From NCBI GenBank assembly GCA_964016885.1, contig OZ024745.1, forward strand, positions 61,752,001 to 61,816,000: DNA of 64,000 nt, read 5' to 3'. This DNA is from Eledone cirrhosa. Taxonomy: Eukaryota. The position numbers were made by a program, and so were the translations under genes. This document shows, piece by piece, positions 30,384 through 45,188 of this stretch. Under the pieces are notes generated by a model. The model was not told the DNA's origin, did not search any database, and saw nothing but the letters and a program-made list of their open reading frames with translations. How positions within the stretch are numbered: position 1 is the stretch's first letter; the number at the start of each line of letters is the position of its first letter.

Positions 30384-30619
30384 TATGCGCTCTGTGTATT
30401 TTTTGTGTTATAGCTGTGATGTAAACATATGTTGTATGTGGTGTTGTGTAAGCTGTTGCGTAAATTATGTGCTGTGTGTTTTATTGGTATATAGAGTATA
30501 TGATGTGCGTGTGTGAGTATGTGTGTTTGTGCGTGTGCATGTGTTTTCATTATTGTCGACATTTTATATTGTGCCTGTCGCATTGTGTGTGCTGTTGTGT
30601 AATATAACTTATATGTATG

Positions 30620-33157
30620 TATTGGTGTATAGAATATGTGGTGTTTATCTGTAATAGTGTATAGAATATGTGACGTGTGTGTGTACTGGTATATAGAATA
30701 TGTGACGTGTGTGTGTACTGGTGTATAGAATATGTGACGTGTGTGTGTACTGGTGTATAGAATATGTGACGTGTGTGTGTGTACTGGTGTATAGAATATG
30801 TGACGTGTGTGTGTACTGGTGTATAGAATATGTGGTATGTGTATGTACTGGTGTATAGAATATGTGACGCGTGTAATGTATTGATGTATAGAATATGTGA
30901 CATGTGTATGTACTGGTGTATAGAATATGTGACGTGTGTGTGTGTGTACTGGTGTATAGAATATGTGAGGTGTGTGTGTATTGATGTATAGAATATGTGA
31001 CGTGTGTGTGTGTGTACTGGTGTATAGAATATGTGACGTGTGTATGTACTGGTGTATAGAATATGTGACGTGTGTATGTACTGGTGTATAGAATATGTGA
31101 CGTGTGTATGTACTGGTGTATAGAATATGTGACGTGTGTATGTACTGGTGTATAGAATATGTGACGTGTGTATGTACTGGTGTATAGAATATGTGACGTG
31201 TGTATGTACTGGTGTATAGAATATGTGACGTGTGTATGTACTGGTGTATAGAATATGTGACGTGTATAGAATATGTGACGCGTGTATGTACTGGTGTATA
31301 GAATATGTGACGTGTGTATGTACTGGTGTATAGAATATGTGACGTGTGTGTGTATTGATGTATAGAATATGTGACGTGTGTGTGTGTGTACTGGTGTATA
31401 GAATATGTGACGTGTGTATGTACTGGTGTATAGAATATGTGACGTGTGTATGTACTGGTGTATAGAATATGTGACGTGTGTATGTACTGGTGTATAGAAT
31501 ATGTGACGTGTATAGAATATGTGACGCGTGTAATGTACTGGTGTATAGAATATGTGACGTGTGTATGTACTGGTGTATAGAATATGTGACGTGTGTGTGT
31601 ACTGGTGTATAGAATATGTGACGTGTGTGTGTGTACTGGTGTATAGAATATGTGACGTGTGTGTGTACTGGTGTATAGAATATGTGGTATGTGTATGTAC
31701 TGGTGTATAGAATATGTGACGCGTGTAATGTATTGATGTATAGAATATGTGACATGTGTATGTACTGGTGTATAGAATATGTGACGTGTGTGTGTGTGTA
31801 CTGGTGTATAGAATATGTGACGTGTGTGTGTATTGATGTATAGAATATGTGACGTGTGTGTGTGTGTACTGGTGTATAGAATATGTGACGTGTGTATGTA
31901 CTGGTGTATAGAATATGTGACGTGTGTATGTACTGGTGTATAGAATATGTGACGTGTGTGTGTGTACTGGTGTATAGAATATGTGACGTGTGTGTGTGTA
32001 CTGGTGTATAGAATATGTGACGTGTGTATGTACTGGTGTATAGAATATGTGACGTGTGTATGTACTGGTGTATAGAATATGTGACGTGTGTATGTACTGG
32101 TGTATAGAATATGTGACGTGTATAGAATATGTGACGTGTGTGTGTGTACTGGTGTATAGAATATGTGACGTGTGTGTGTGTGTACTGGTGTATAGAATAT
32201 GTGACGAGTGTATGTAATGGTGTATAGAATATGTGACGTGTGTATGTACTGGTGTATAGAATATGTGACGTGTGTGTGTACTGGTGTATAGAATATGTGA
32301 CGTGTGTATGTACTGGTGTATAGAATATGTGACGCGTGTAATGTACTGGTGTATAGAATATGTGACGTGTGTGTGTACTGGTGTATAGAATATGTGACGT
32401 GTGTGTGTGTACTGGTGTATAGAATATGTGACGTGTGTGTGTACTGGTGTATAGAATATGTGACGTGTGTGTGTACTGGTGTATAGAATATGTGACGCGT
32501 GTAATGTACTGGTGTATAGAATATGTGCCGTGTGTATGTACTGGTGTATAGAATATGTGACGTGTGTATGTACTGGTGTATAGAATATGTGACGTGTGTA
32601 TGTACTGGTGTATAGAATATGTGACGTGTGTGTGTACTGGTGTATAGAATATGTGACGTGTGTGTGTACTGGTGTATAGAATATGTGACGCGTGTAATGT
32701 ACTGGTGTATAGAATATGTGCCGTGTGTATGTATTGATGTATAGAATATGTGACGTGTGTGTGTGTACTGGTGTATAGAATATGTGACGTGTGTATGTAC
32801 TGGTGTATAGAATATGTGACGTGTGTATGTACTGGTGTATAGAATATGTGACGTGTATAGAATATGTGACGCGTGTAATGTACTGGTGTATAGAATATGT
32901 GACGCGTGTATGTACTGGTGTATAGAATATGTGACGTGTGTATGTACTGGTGTATAGAATATGTGACGCGTGTAATGTACTGGTGTATAGAATATGTGAC
33001 GTGTGTGTGTACTGGTGTATAGAATATGTGACGTGTGTGTGTACTGGTGTATAGAATATGTGACGTGTGTATGTACTGGTGTATAGAATATGTGACGTGT
33101 GTATGCACTGGTGTATAGAATATGTGACGTGTGTATGTACTGGTGTATAGAATATGC
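30620..33157. repeat. Minisatellite, ~32-bp unit TACTGGTGTATAGAATATGTGACGTGTGTATG, roughly 80 copies
   Basis: The 32-bp period was read directly. Variants of 34 and 36 bp (extra TG) and 18-bp short units occur. It explains the three long minus-strand ORFs. Confidence 0.97.
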
Positions 33158-33331
33158 GGTGTGTGAGCATGTGTGTGTGTGTGCTATAGTTGTGGACACA
33201 CTGTACTGTACGCCTTGTCGAGTGTAATATCCATTCTGTGTGTTGTTGTGTAGAGCATGGGTTGTATAAAATATGCGTTTCTAATGAATAGTAGCAGTAG
33301 TAGTGGTCGTGATAATAATAGTAGTAGTAAC

Positions 33332-33520
33332 AATTGTTTCTTCCTTTCGCACAAGGCTCAATAATTACCCCAGTACATTACTGGTACTTTATTTTATCGA
33401 CCACGTAAGGATGAAAGCAAAGTTAACCTACACGAGATTTGAACTCAGACCGTAAAGAGCCGTAACTCTATGCTGCAAAGCATGGTGTCCGATCCTCTAC
33501 CGATACTGCCAATCCACCAC
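33332..33520 (-). mobile_element. SINE, full length
   Basis: Consensus match. Confidence 0.9.
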
Positions 33521-33767
33521 CCTAGTAGTAGTAGTAATAATAATAGTAGTAGTAGCGGTGGTAGAAGTAGTAGTAAAAGTAGTGGTAATAGATGTAGCAA
33601 TCGTAGTAATAGGAACAGTAGTAGTTGTTTGTAGGGGTAACAGATGTAGTATTAGCAGGTGTACTACTACTACTTACTACTACTACTGCTACTACTACTA
33701 CTACTACTACTAGTATTATTATTATCATTATTATTATTATTATTATAATTAGTAGTAGTAGTAGTGC

Positions 33768-33950
33768 GGTGGATTGGCAGTATCGGTAGAGGGTCGGACA
33801 CTATGCTTTGACGCATAGAGTTACGGCCCTTGCCATTCAGAGTTCAAATCCCGCTGAGGTTGACTTTGCCTTTCATCCTTACGGGGTCGATAAAATAAAG
33901 TACCAGTAATGTACTGGTTAATTGCTGGCCTTGTGCCTAAAGTAGAAACA

Positions 33951-33953
<3 letters not shown>
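33768..33953 (+). mobile_element. SINE, full length, with (ATT)n tail
   Basis: Consensus match with intact A- and B-box-like motifs. Confidence 0.92.
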
Positions 33954-33993
<40 letters not shown>

Positions 33994-34255
33994 GTAGTAG
34001 TAGTAGTAGCAGTAGCAGCAGTAGTAGTAGCAGTATTAGTAGTAGCAGCATCAGCAGCAGTATGTGCATAGATGTTATTGAAAGTAACATAAACATTCCT
34101 GGTGACTTGATAAACCAGACCTAATTACTCCTTTCTATCATCTTATTTAAACCGTTACTCATTCCAGCTTTACAACTTATGTATAACTACCAATGTCTCG
34201 GGGCAAGGTATTTCATTTGACAAATCCCGAGCCATGTATAGCGTGAAATATTTCG

Positions 34256-34256
<1 letters not shown>

Positions 34257-34317
<61 letters not shown>
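34257..34317. repeat. (TATC)n tract (also at 34937-35019 and 40840-40917)
   Basis: Direct reading; these tracts separate the LINE copies. Confidence 0.95.
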
Positions 34318-34936
34318 AGCCGATCTGTGGGGCTGTGTCGAACAACTGCTGTCAAGGGTGGGACCGATCCGGTTGACCACCGAGTCTATTGTAATGATCA
34401 AGTCGCCTCCCCTCTTCAAAGATGAAGCAGAGGCGGTGTTTCTGTGCGTAATAGCCATGGCGAAAGAGGTTGTATGGTGGACGCGTCTGAAAGGACTGAG
34501 GTCAGGCACCTTTCTCTCTGGCCAACAACTGGTCCGTTTCTTCCGATATCATTTCGGAAGAAGGATCAGGATGGAGAGAGAGGTGCTGCACCCCAGCCGT
34601 TTCTATGAAAGATGGGTGAAAGTGGCGAGAATGGCCCGTGTGAATGGGCCTTCACTCTACATCAGACTATAGGTGAGGAAGATGAAAGACCAAGGGAGCA
34701 CCCCTTCTCTGTGCTCCTGAGGAGAAGGGTTGCACACTTTTTTCGGGGGTGTGTGCGACCCCCCAAGGCGCCTCCTCTCTATTGAGGATTTTGTTATAAA
34801 TTTTATTTTTTTTTATATCTTATTTTATTTTTATATATTGTTATTGCCTCCTCCTTATTGAGGACGCCTTTTTGTGTAAACTCCCCCCTTTGTACTTGTC
34901 CCACTTTTGATGCCCTAGTGGCAAATAAAAGAAACA
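34318..34936 (+). mobile_element. 5'-truncated L1/Tx1-type LINE, diverged subfamily
   Basis: Encodes ..EAVFLCVIAMAKEVVWWTRLKGLRSG..RWVKVARMARVNGPSL, homologous to the ORF2 C-terminus at 40222-40638. Ends in AATAAA plus (TATC)n. Confidence 0.92.
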
Positions 34937-35019
<83 letters not shown>

Positions 35020-35435
35020 ATGGATCCAGCTGTCGTCTGTTCTACAGTGTGGATGTAATTCACTTCGCGCAGAAGTTTTGTTCAAATTTATTGCGGAAAT
35101 TTTGTGAGTTCAAATTTAATTTTGATACGATTGTGTAGCTTGACCCCCCGTCTGAACTGTCAGGCGGTGGGTCAGCTCATCTTTACCCCTCCTAGAGGTG
35201 AAAAACCTGTTTTAAAAAATTTGGTGGCAAAACATTTCAATCGTCTAACAGAAATGTTAAACGCAGCGAACGAAAATAGTGGTGGGGGGGGGGGGGACAC
35301 AGCGGTAAGAGTTGTAAGCTCGCACGCTTTAGACCCCCTTCCTTCCCAACTAACGTCATAGAGAAGGAAGGAAAAATTAAAATAAAAACAGACGAATCTG
35401 CGGAGAAAAAAAATGACGAAAACACAAATCTGGAC

Positions 35436-37153
35436 ATGGATTCCAACAACGAAAAAAAAAAATTTGAAAAATTGCATGACAATACTAATAACACAAACAA
35501 AGACACAACAAACACAAAAATAACATTTGAAAATAACACCATAACAGAAAGCAAAGCAGACGACAAGATTTCATTTGCACAGACAACAAAGAAATCTTTG
35601 ACTTATATACCCGAAAATATTTCAGATGTGGCACGAAGAATCACAGACGCCAAACAATACATAAGTGAAGGAGAGAATGGTATTTTATCGGTAAAAATGC
35701 CTCAAGAATTCACCAAAGACATTGAAAGCCGAACGGTCAAGTTCCGCACCATCAACAACACTACAAAAAAACCTGAACAGCCTTCTCAAGCAGATATCAA
35801 AACAGTACTCACAGAAGTACTTAACGAAACCACTTTCATAAGAAAAGACAGACTGTATGGAAGCCTAGCAATTATCATGAAGAACGAATCGGCGGCAAAA
35901 AAATGTGCTTTGTCACCGATTCGTTCGAAAAATTTTACCTTTTATCCATCTTATATGGGTAAAAGAACTCAACGCATATGGCTGGATGCAATGATGCCAG
36001 ATGTGGACTACTGCTGGCTCATAGCTGGCTTCATCGATCCAGTGAATGACAACGTGATTTCCATTGGGAAAACCACAGGCAATGCGTTCAGTGGAACAGG
36101 TATAGAGCTGGTAGTGCAAATGAAGCCTGAACGCATCGCCCAAATATCCGACAGAATCCTATTAGAGGGCCACGGGTATATAAACATTAGCGTGGAGGGG
36201 AAAGGCCGTACTGCCATATCTGTGCAGGAAGAGGGCACCTGAAGGCCGCTTGTCCCCAACTCAACAAAAAGAAAACCCTGCTACCAACACCAGCTCCACC
36301 ACCACAACAGATAAACAAACAACAAAACTCAGTCCCACCCAACCCGTCCCTCAGTAAAACCACACCACCACCACAACACAAACAGTCACAACACATTACC
36401 CCAAAATAAAATACAGGCCCACCCAACCTCTCACTCAATAAAACAACACAACCACCGCAGACACAACACACAACACAGTCTAACATAGTGACATCCATCT
36501 CCCCCACAAAGAAAACCAACACGGAAACATTACCACCAAACATACCTCTTCCCTCCAACACTGAAGATAACCCAACGAATTCGGAGGAAGAAACGGAGTC
36601 CTTCAGACAGATTAAAAGGAAAAAAAGAAAACATGTGCAAAACACACAAGGCCAAACAACCCCCACCCAAATCTCAACACAATCCAACAAAACAGAAAAC
36701 ACCCCTCCAGCAACAAACAAAACCAAACCTGCCCCTCCCCTCTTCGAAACACTCACACCATCCGAAAAAAAGACATTACACTATACTTACATCAACAGAA
36801 ACAATAATAAATTAAATGAACTCATATACAATAATCCTTCGGTACAAACCGAAGGTGTAAACTTTGTTTCCTCAGAAAACTACCCACATTTAAAATTAAT
36901 AAAGATCCCAATGAACCTCTACCAAAAACTAAAAAAGGATTTTAAGGAGGACGTAGGACCACCCTCTGTCAAACCCATAAACCGCGTCCTACTAAAAAGC
37001 TTTCCCCCTCCCCTTCCCCTCCCCAACACAACTCCAAACATCCCAACCCCACCACACACTGACGACCCCACACCACCACAAGACATCCCTTCACCCAACA
37101 CCCCCGACCCCATGGAAGTCGTGCAACCCGAACCCCGGGAAGCGGAAAGGTAG
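35436..37153 (+). pseudogene. LINE ORF1 (Gag-like, CCHC zinc knuckle), disrupted
   Basis: After a frameshift near 36200, 36212-36253 reads CHICAGRGHLKAAC (CX2CX4HX4C). There is an in-frame stop at 36407 and a Pro/Thr-rich tail. Confidence 0.75.
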
Positions 37154-37186
37154 GTCTCTACACTCTCCTTTGGCTCTGCCGCCCAC

Positions 37187-40100
37187 ATGGATGTGTTAAG
37201 AGTAGGATGTTTGAATGCACGTGGCCTGGGCTCAACTTGGAAGCAAGCAAAACTTCTAAATGACCTCAGGTCATGTAGTATAAATGTAATGGTTATCTGT
37301 GAGACTCGAATCAGCGTCGTGCGGCAGCTGGCCCCCACCTTCGATGACTTTGAGGTGCATGCATCTCTCTGTCAACCTGGAGGTGGGGGTGGGGTTGTCG
37401 TACTGCTGCAAAAAACACCTGGGTCTTGCCGTACAGGTTGTGCACTCGGACCCGGAGGGTCGTTTGTTGGTGCTAGACGTTGGCAGTAGTGAAAGTGCGG
37501 CATTGAGACTGGTCGCCGTCTACTCCCCTTTCGGAGCTGAACGGCCCGACTTCTTCCAGCGTTTGGAGACTTTTCTGGGAACGTCGCGTTCCCTGCTTCT
37601 AACGGGGGATTGGAATGACATCCTAGATGCACGTTGGGACTATGCAGGAGCATGTCCTAATAGAGGGGGGTGTAACAGCCTCAAGGGGTTACTCGACCGT
37701 TTTAACTTGGTCGATAGATATCGACTAGATTTTCCAACCGTGCCTACCTGGACTTGGAGAAACCACAGTGGTCAATCTAGATCGTACTTAGATAGATTCT
37801 TAGTTAGAAGTAAGGATAGGGACATATTAAGCTGTCCAGAAATGCGCACGGTTGGCTACACGGACCACAAATTAGTGACCTGCGTAGTCAATCTCGAGAA
37901 AACACATAAACAGGGTCCTGGTTACTGGAAACTTAATTTGTCTTTACCGGCAAAAGAGACTTACAGAAACCGGATTAGCAGATTAGTTAAGGAGAGGTTG
38001 ACGGGTGCAATCGTCAACAACCGATGGTGGGCATCTCTCAAAAGAGAGATTAGAACAGAATCAATAAGTTATAGCAAGATGTTAGCTGCCGATAGGAATA
38101 GAAACGAGAAAGAATTAACAGGTAAATTAGAAGAGGCAATCAAGAGCGAAGATGTGGCCAGAGTGCTGGCATCGAGGACGGCCTTGAACCAGTTTTTCGA
38201 TGCAAAGCACGAAGGCTGCGTCATTCGAAGTAAAATACGTGCTCTAGGTAATGAGGGGGCCAAAGCCGTTGGATGGGCCCGCGTGACAGAAGCTAAGAGT
38301 GGAAATCGATCCACCATCCGGTCGTTGCAAGACGAAGATGGACGGGTGATCCGGGAGCCTAAGCAGATGTGCGAGGCCTTTCAAAGGCACTTTGCCCGAT
38401 TGTTCGGGGGAGGCGAGGGTCGGGGCGGGGGCGTGGATTTTGGTCCATACCTCGACGGCCTGCCGCGTCTCTCGAGCGAAGAGGCAGAGTCCTGCGAGGG
38501 ACCAATCTCGGCTGATGAGATCGGAGATGCGCTGAGCCAATGCAGCAGACGCAAATCTCCAGGTCTCGATGGTATACCTTACGAACTTTATTTAGCAATG
38601 CCGGTCTTCTTCTCCGAACTCCTCGAAGCGCTCTACTGCAATTGGCAGCAGAACGGGAGAATTCCTTGTTCTGTAGCCAAGGGCGTAGTCACGCTGGTGA
38701 GGAAGGACGAGAACAAGGGGGATAGTATAAATAATTTTCGGCCCATAACCCTGCTAAACACAGAGTTAAAGATTTTGGCCAAGGTGTTAGCAAAGAGGTT
38801 GGCGCTTGTCGTGGGTGGCCTGGTGGGAGATGCGCAGACATGTGCTATCCCATCCAGGTCCATTCACGATAACCTCCACCTCATGCGATACATCATAGAG
38901 AGGGTTGGCAACAAACCCGGCTTCGGTGGGGCCCTGATCAACTTGGATCAGTCTAAGGTCTTCGATAGAGTCGACCATGGTTACCTGGATGCGGTGCTAG
39001 TGGCGGCTGGGTTCGGTCCTGTTTTCAGAGGCTGGATAACTGCCTTACATAGCAAACACATCTGTTCTAGGATCAAGGTGAACGGCTACGTTTCGAAGCC
39101 GTTCGAAATCACACGATCCATTCGACAGGGGTGCCCTCTCTCATCCCTTCTGTACGTATTGACTCTCGAGCCTTTACTGAGGAAGTTGGAGTTGTTGCAG
39201 GGTATCCCCCTGGAACCAGGATTGAGCAAAGCGGTGTCGGCCTACGCCGATGACGTAACAGTAATGGTATCGACCGACTCGGAGATCGAGGCGATCGGTA
39301 CCTTACTGGAGGAGTACGAAAGGTTGTCAGGAGCGAAACTGAACCGGGAAAAATCCATCGGGCTGCAACTCGGAACGTGGAGAGGCAGACCGATGCCTCA
39401 TGACGGTGTCGTCGGACACTGGACGGAGGGCCCGGTAAAGTTGCTTGGGGTCTGGTTTGGACCGGACCTCCAGGTGGAAAAGAACTGGAACGAGGTTACG
39501 AACAAGGTGTTTGCACTAACCCAGAAATGGGCCAAGTTGTAAGCTGTCCCTAAAAGGCCGGGCGGAGGTGGTGAACATTTACATAGCGTCCGTCACTTAC
39601 TACCGCCTGACTGTCGTGCCTTGCCCTAAGGAAACACTCACCACCATGGAACACATGCTCTTCCAATTTCTTTGGAAGAAGCGCCCTCCTATGGTGAGAA
39701 GATCCATCTGCTGCCAACAACCGTCGAAAGGAGGGCTGGGGATGCCGTGGTTGATGATGCGTAGGCACGCATTAAGGCTACGGCACCTACAGGTATTCCT
39801 CACTGGTCAACCGGTGTGGGCTCCGTTCGTGAAACGAGCCTTTCCGAGACTCGTCTTGCTCACCGAGCTACAGTCCTGGGTCAAGCAAAGATCCGGAAAA
39901 CTGGGAGACTGGCACACTGAGTGTGCTCAGGCGCTCAGGGCTCTCTGGCAAGCGGGCCAGGCCATCGGTGGAGAATCCACCTCATCATTCTATAGAGGGC
40001 TGGTGGCTAGCAGGGGCGATGACACCCTTGGAGAGTCGCTGGACATGGAAGAAGACGAACTGGCCAGCCTGTTCGGTAGGACTTTCGGCCCAGGACCAAT

Positions 40101-40638
40101 GGACAACTTCCAGAAGTCACTGGCCTGGCAGTGCTAACGGGGGGCTCTACCCGTTCGAGAGAGGCTCTACAGACACGGGCGCCCGGGCAGGGATCCCTCA
40201 AAAAAGATTTGCCCTAGATGCGTGCGTCACGAAGAAACCGTTGCGCACGCATTGGTGCAATGTCCGGGCATGGCTGATCTGTGGGGCTACGCCGAACGAC
40301 TGCTGTCGCGGGTGGCGCCGATTAAATTGACCGCCGAGTCCGTGATGACAATCAAACCGCCTCCCCTCTTCACAAAGGAAGCAAAGGCGGTTTTTCTGTG
40401 CGTAATAGCCATGTTGAAAGAGGTTGTTTGGTGGACACGATTGAAAGGTCTGAGGTCAGGCAACTTCCTCTCTGGCCATAGTCTGGTCTACTTCTTCCGA
40501 TATCACTTCGGAAGAAGGATAAGAATGGAGAGAGAGGTGCTTGGCCACAGGCAGTTTTATGAAAGGTGGGTGATAGTGGCGAGAATGGCTCGTGTAAATG
40601 GGCCTTCTCTGTATACCATCCTGTGGGTAAAGAAGTAA
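37187..40638 (+). pseudogene. LINE ORF2: APE endonuclease + reverse transcriptase + CCHC, disrupted
   Basis: APE motifs CLNARGL, ICET, VYSP, GDWN, SYLDRF and TDH; RT motifs SPGLDG, FRPITLLN, LDQSKVFDRV, RQGCPLS and YADD; zinc motif CPRC..ETVAHALVQC. Frameshifts at ~37410 and ~39540, stop at 40135. Confidence 0.93.
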
Positions 40639-40839
40639 AGGAGAGGGGAGCACCTTCTCCATGTGCTCCCCGGGCAAAGGATTGCACACTTTTTCGGGGG
40701 TGTGTGCAACCCCCATCACGTCCCCTCCCTTTTGAGGTTATTTTCGATTATTTTCATGTTACACCCTTTTTAGTCGATTATATGTAAACTCCCCTTTGTA
40801 TTTGTCCCTTCTTTTTATGCCTTTATGGTAAATAAAGAA

Positions 40840-40914
<75 letters not shown>

Positions 40915-40917
<3 letters not shown>

Positions 40918-42177
40918 AGCGTCCGTCACCTAATACCGCCTGACTGTCGTGCCTTGCTCTAAGGAAACACTCACCACCATGGAACGCATGCTCTTTCAAT
41001 TTCTTTGGAAGAAGCGCCCTCCTATGGTGAGAAGATCCATCTGCTAGCCAACAACCTTCGAAAGGAGGGCTAGGGATGCCGTGGTTAATGATGCGTAGGC
41101 ACGCATTAAGGCTACGGCACCTACAGGTATTCCTCACTGGTCAACCGGTGTGGGCTCCGTTCATGAGACGGGCCTTTCCGAGACTCGTCTCGCTCACCGA
41201 GCTGCAGTCCTGGGTCAAGCAAAGATCCGGAAAACTGGGAGACTGGCACACTGAGTGTGCCCAGGCGCTCAGGGCTCTCTGGCAAGCGGACCCGGCCATC
41301 GATGGAGAATCCACCTCGTCATTCTATAGGGGGCTGGTGACTAGCAGGGGCGATGACACCCTTGGAGAGTCGCTGGACATGGAAGAAGAAGAACTGGCCA
41401 GCCTGTTCGGTAGGACTTTCGGCCCGGGACCAATGGACAACTTCCAGAAGTCACTGGCCTGGCAGTGCTACCGGGGGGCTCTACCCGTTCGAGAAAAGCT
41501 CTACAGACACGGGCGCCCGGGTAGGGATCCCTCGAAAAGAATTTGCCCTAGATGCGTGCGTCACGAAGAAACCGTTGCGCACGCATTGGTGCACTGTCCG
41601 GGCGTGGCTGATCTGTGGGGCTACGCCGAACGACTGCTGTCGCGAGTGGCGCCGATTCCATTGACCGCCGAGTCCGTGATGACAATCAAGCCGCCTCCCC
41701 TCTTCACAAAGGAAGCAAAGGCGGTTTTTCTGTGCGTAATAGCCATGTTGAAAGAGGTTGTTTGGTGGACACAATTGAAAGGTCTGAGGTCAGGCAACTT
41801 CCTCTCTGGCCATAGTCTGGTCTACTTCTTCCGATATCACTTCGGAAGAAGGATAAGAATGGAGAGAGAGGTGCTTGGCCACAGGCAGTTTTATGAAAGG
41901 TGGGTGATAGTGGCAAGAATGGCTCGTGTAAATGGGCCTTCTCTGTATACCATCCTGTAGGTAAAGAAGTAAAGGAGAGGGGAACACCTTCTCCATGTGC
42001 TCCCCGGGCAAAGGATTGCACACTTTTTCGGGGGTGTGTGCAACCCCCATCAAGTCCCATCCCTTTTGAGGTTGTTTTTGATTATTGTCATTTTATACCC
42101 TTTTTACTCGGTATTATGTAAACTCCCCCTCTGTATTTGTCCCTTCTTTTTATACCTTTATGGTAAATAAAGAAATA
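40915..42177 (+). mobile_element. 5'-truncated second copy of the same LINE family
   Basis: Closely matches 39583-40840. ORF 41076-41960 is intact where the first copy has a stop. Confidence 0.95.
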
Positions 42178-42306
42178 TATCTATACCTATGTATCTGTCA
42201 CATTTGACCTCACACGCATATTCACATACATGTACACATATATACATACCCATATAGACAAATTCATTCATTATGCAATGAATATGTGCTTTCACATCAA
42301 TTCGTA

Positions 42307-42386
42307 AAAATAAAAAGATATACTATGTTTGTGTGTATATATATATATATATATATACACACAAACATAGTATATCTTTTTATTTT
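42307..42386. repeat. Perfect 80-bp palindrome centred on (TA)n
   Basis: AAAATAAAAAGATATACTATGTTTGTGTG-(TA)n-CACACAAACATAGTATATCTTTTTATTTT. Confidence 0.92.
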
Positions 42387-42487
42387 GTATGTCTGTATGT
42401 ATGCACGTATGTATGTATGCATGCATGCATGCATGTATGTACGTATGTATGTATGTATGTATGTATGTATGTATGTATGTATGTATG

Positions 42488-42546
<59 letters not shown>

Positions 42547-43119
42547 CATATATATATATATATCATATATGTATCATATATTCTAATAACAAATCAATAT
42601 CATATATTTCTATTTACTCTATATTTGTTCATTACTTTTCGGTAAAAATTGAAGGCAAGGTGCTCATGTTTGTTTATCAGTTTGGTCGTGCCTAGAGTAA
42701 GATCTGAAGAATTTGTCTAGCAATCGGATTAGCATAGAGAATAGCGACTTTAGATTAACTGAGTGCCTTAGAGTTCACTGTTTGTACCGCGGTTGTGTCT
42801 TCATCTTAGTTTCTCTTATAGCTGGCGATTGTATACATCATATATTTCCTCGGCAATTGTAGATTGCACGCTTCAAATCTAATCTTTGACGGTTGATCAT
42901 AATCTTTCTGGAAGGGCAATGGTGAGTGACGTATGATCAAATTTGCTTATATCGCTGCAATCATGTCACACTTTCCTTCTTAGTCTCTCTCCCTCTCTCA
43001 CATGTTCTTTTACCCTCTCTAACATATACTTATATACTGTATGTAGTATTTTTGTTTCCTTTCTTATCGAATATTGTATGTAAATTATATATATTATATA
43101 TATATCATACGTGTATGCT

Positions 43120-43452
<333 letters not shown>

Positions 43453-43642
43453 TATATAAGTATAGATATATAGATATATACATACATTTGTTATGTAAAA
43501 ATAAAGTAGCGTTTTATTGCTAAAAACACGGATAAAAGCATATATACATGTGTTCACAATCAGGAACTCATAAACACATACATATTTACAGTCACATGTA
43601 ATTGATCTGACACACCGATAACTGTATCAATACTAGTATGTA

Positions 43643-44328
<686 letters not shown>

Positions 44329-44387
44329 ATATATATATATTGCCTCATCTGACACACCGATAACTGTATCAATACTAGCATGTATGC

Positions 44388-44418
<31 letters not shown>

Positions 44419-44425
44419 CGTGTGC

Positions 44426-44602
<177 letters not shown>

Positions 44603-45015
44603 TTATATTGTATTGATTTTTATACATTACATTTTGCTCTGGTACTTACATAGAGCACTCTTCACTTCTATGACCTTTTCTGTTTTCAACGGAAATTTCA
44701 ATACTTATATATAAATATATATATATGTGTGTGTGCATGTATATATATATACTGTATATACATATATATATACATATATATATCCTGTATATATATATAT
44801 ATACAGTGGCGGACTGGGTCTACAAATATTGGTTACCGGGAGATGAAGGGGGCCCACCTATATATAGAATTCTATCATTTAATTTTTGTAATGAATAAAT
44901 AACATTTTCAAAAAATACATAAGTGGAAACAAAACAGAGAAATCTAATTTTTTGCGGAAAAATATCTTACTTTTTCCAATGAAAAATATTACGTATTTTG
45001 CGAAAGACTTTCAAT

Positions 45016-45188
45016 AATTGTTTCTACTTTTGGCACAAGGCCAGCAATAACCCAGTGTATTACTGGTACTTTATTTTATCAATACCATAATGATGAAAAG
45101 CAAAGTTAACGTCGGCGGGATTTGAACTCAGAATGGCAAGGGCCGTAACTCTATACGTCAAAGCATGGCGTCCGACCCTCTACCGATA
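45016..45188 (-). mobile_element. SINE
   Basis: Consensus match. Confidence 0.9.

Larger units (their letters stand above)
35020..40840 (+). mobile_element. Near full-length L1/Tx1-clade LINE (5'UTR, ORF1, ORF2, 3'UTR)
   Basis: Two-ORF architecture with APE, RT and C-terminal CCHC domains, an AATAAA near 40831 and a (TCTA)n tail. Confidence 0.92.

Noticed and set aside
30353-33199. 841-948 aa His/Thr/Tyr-rich ORFs; CRISPR-like regular repeat
   Set aside because: Pure tandem minisatellite: the linkers are (TG)n variants, not unique spacers, there are no cas genes, and all three frames are open only because the unit lacks stops.
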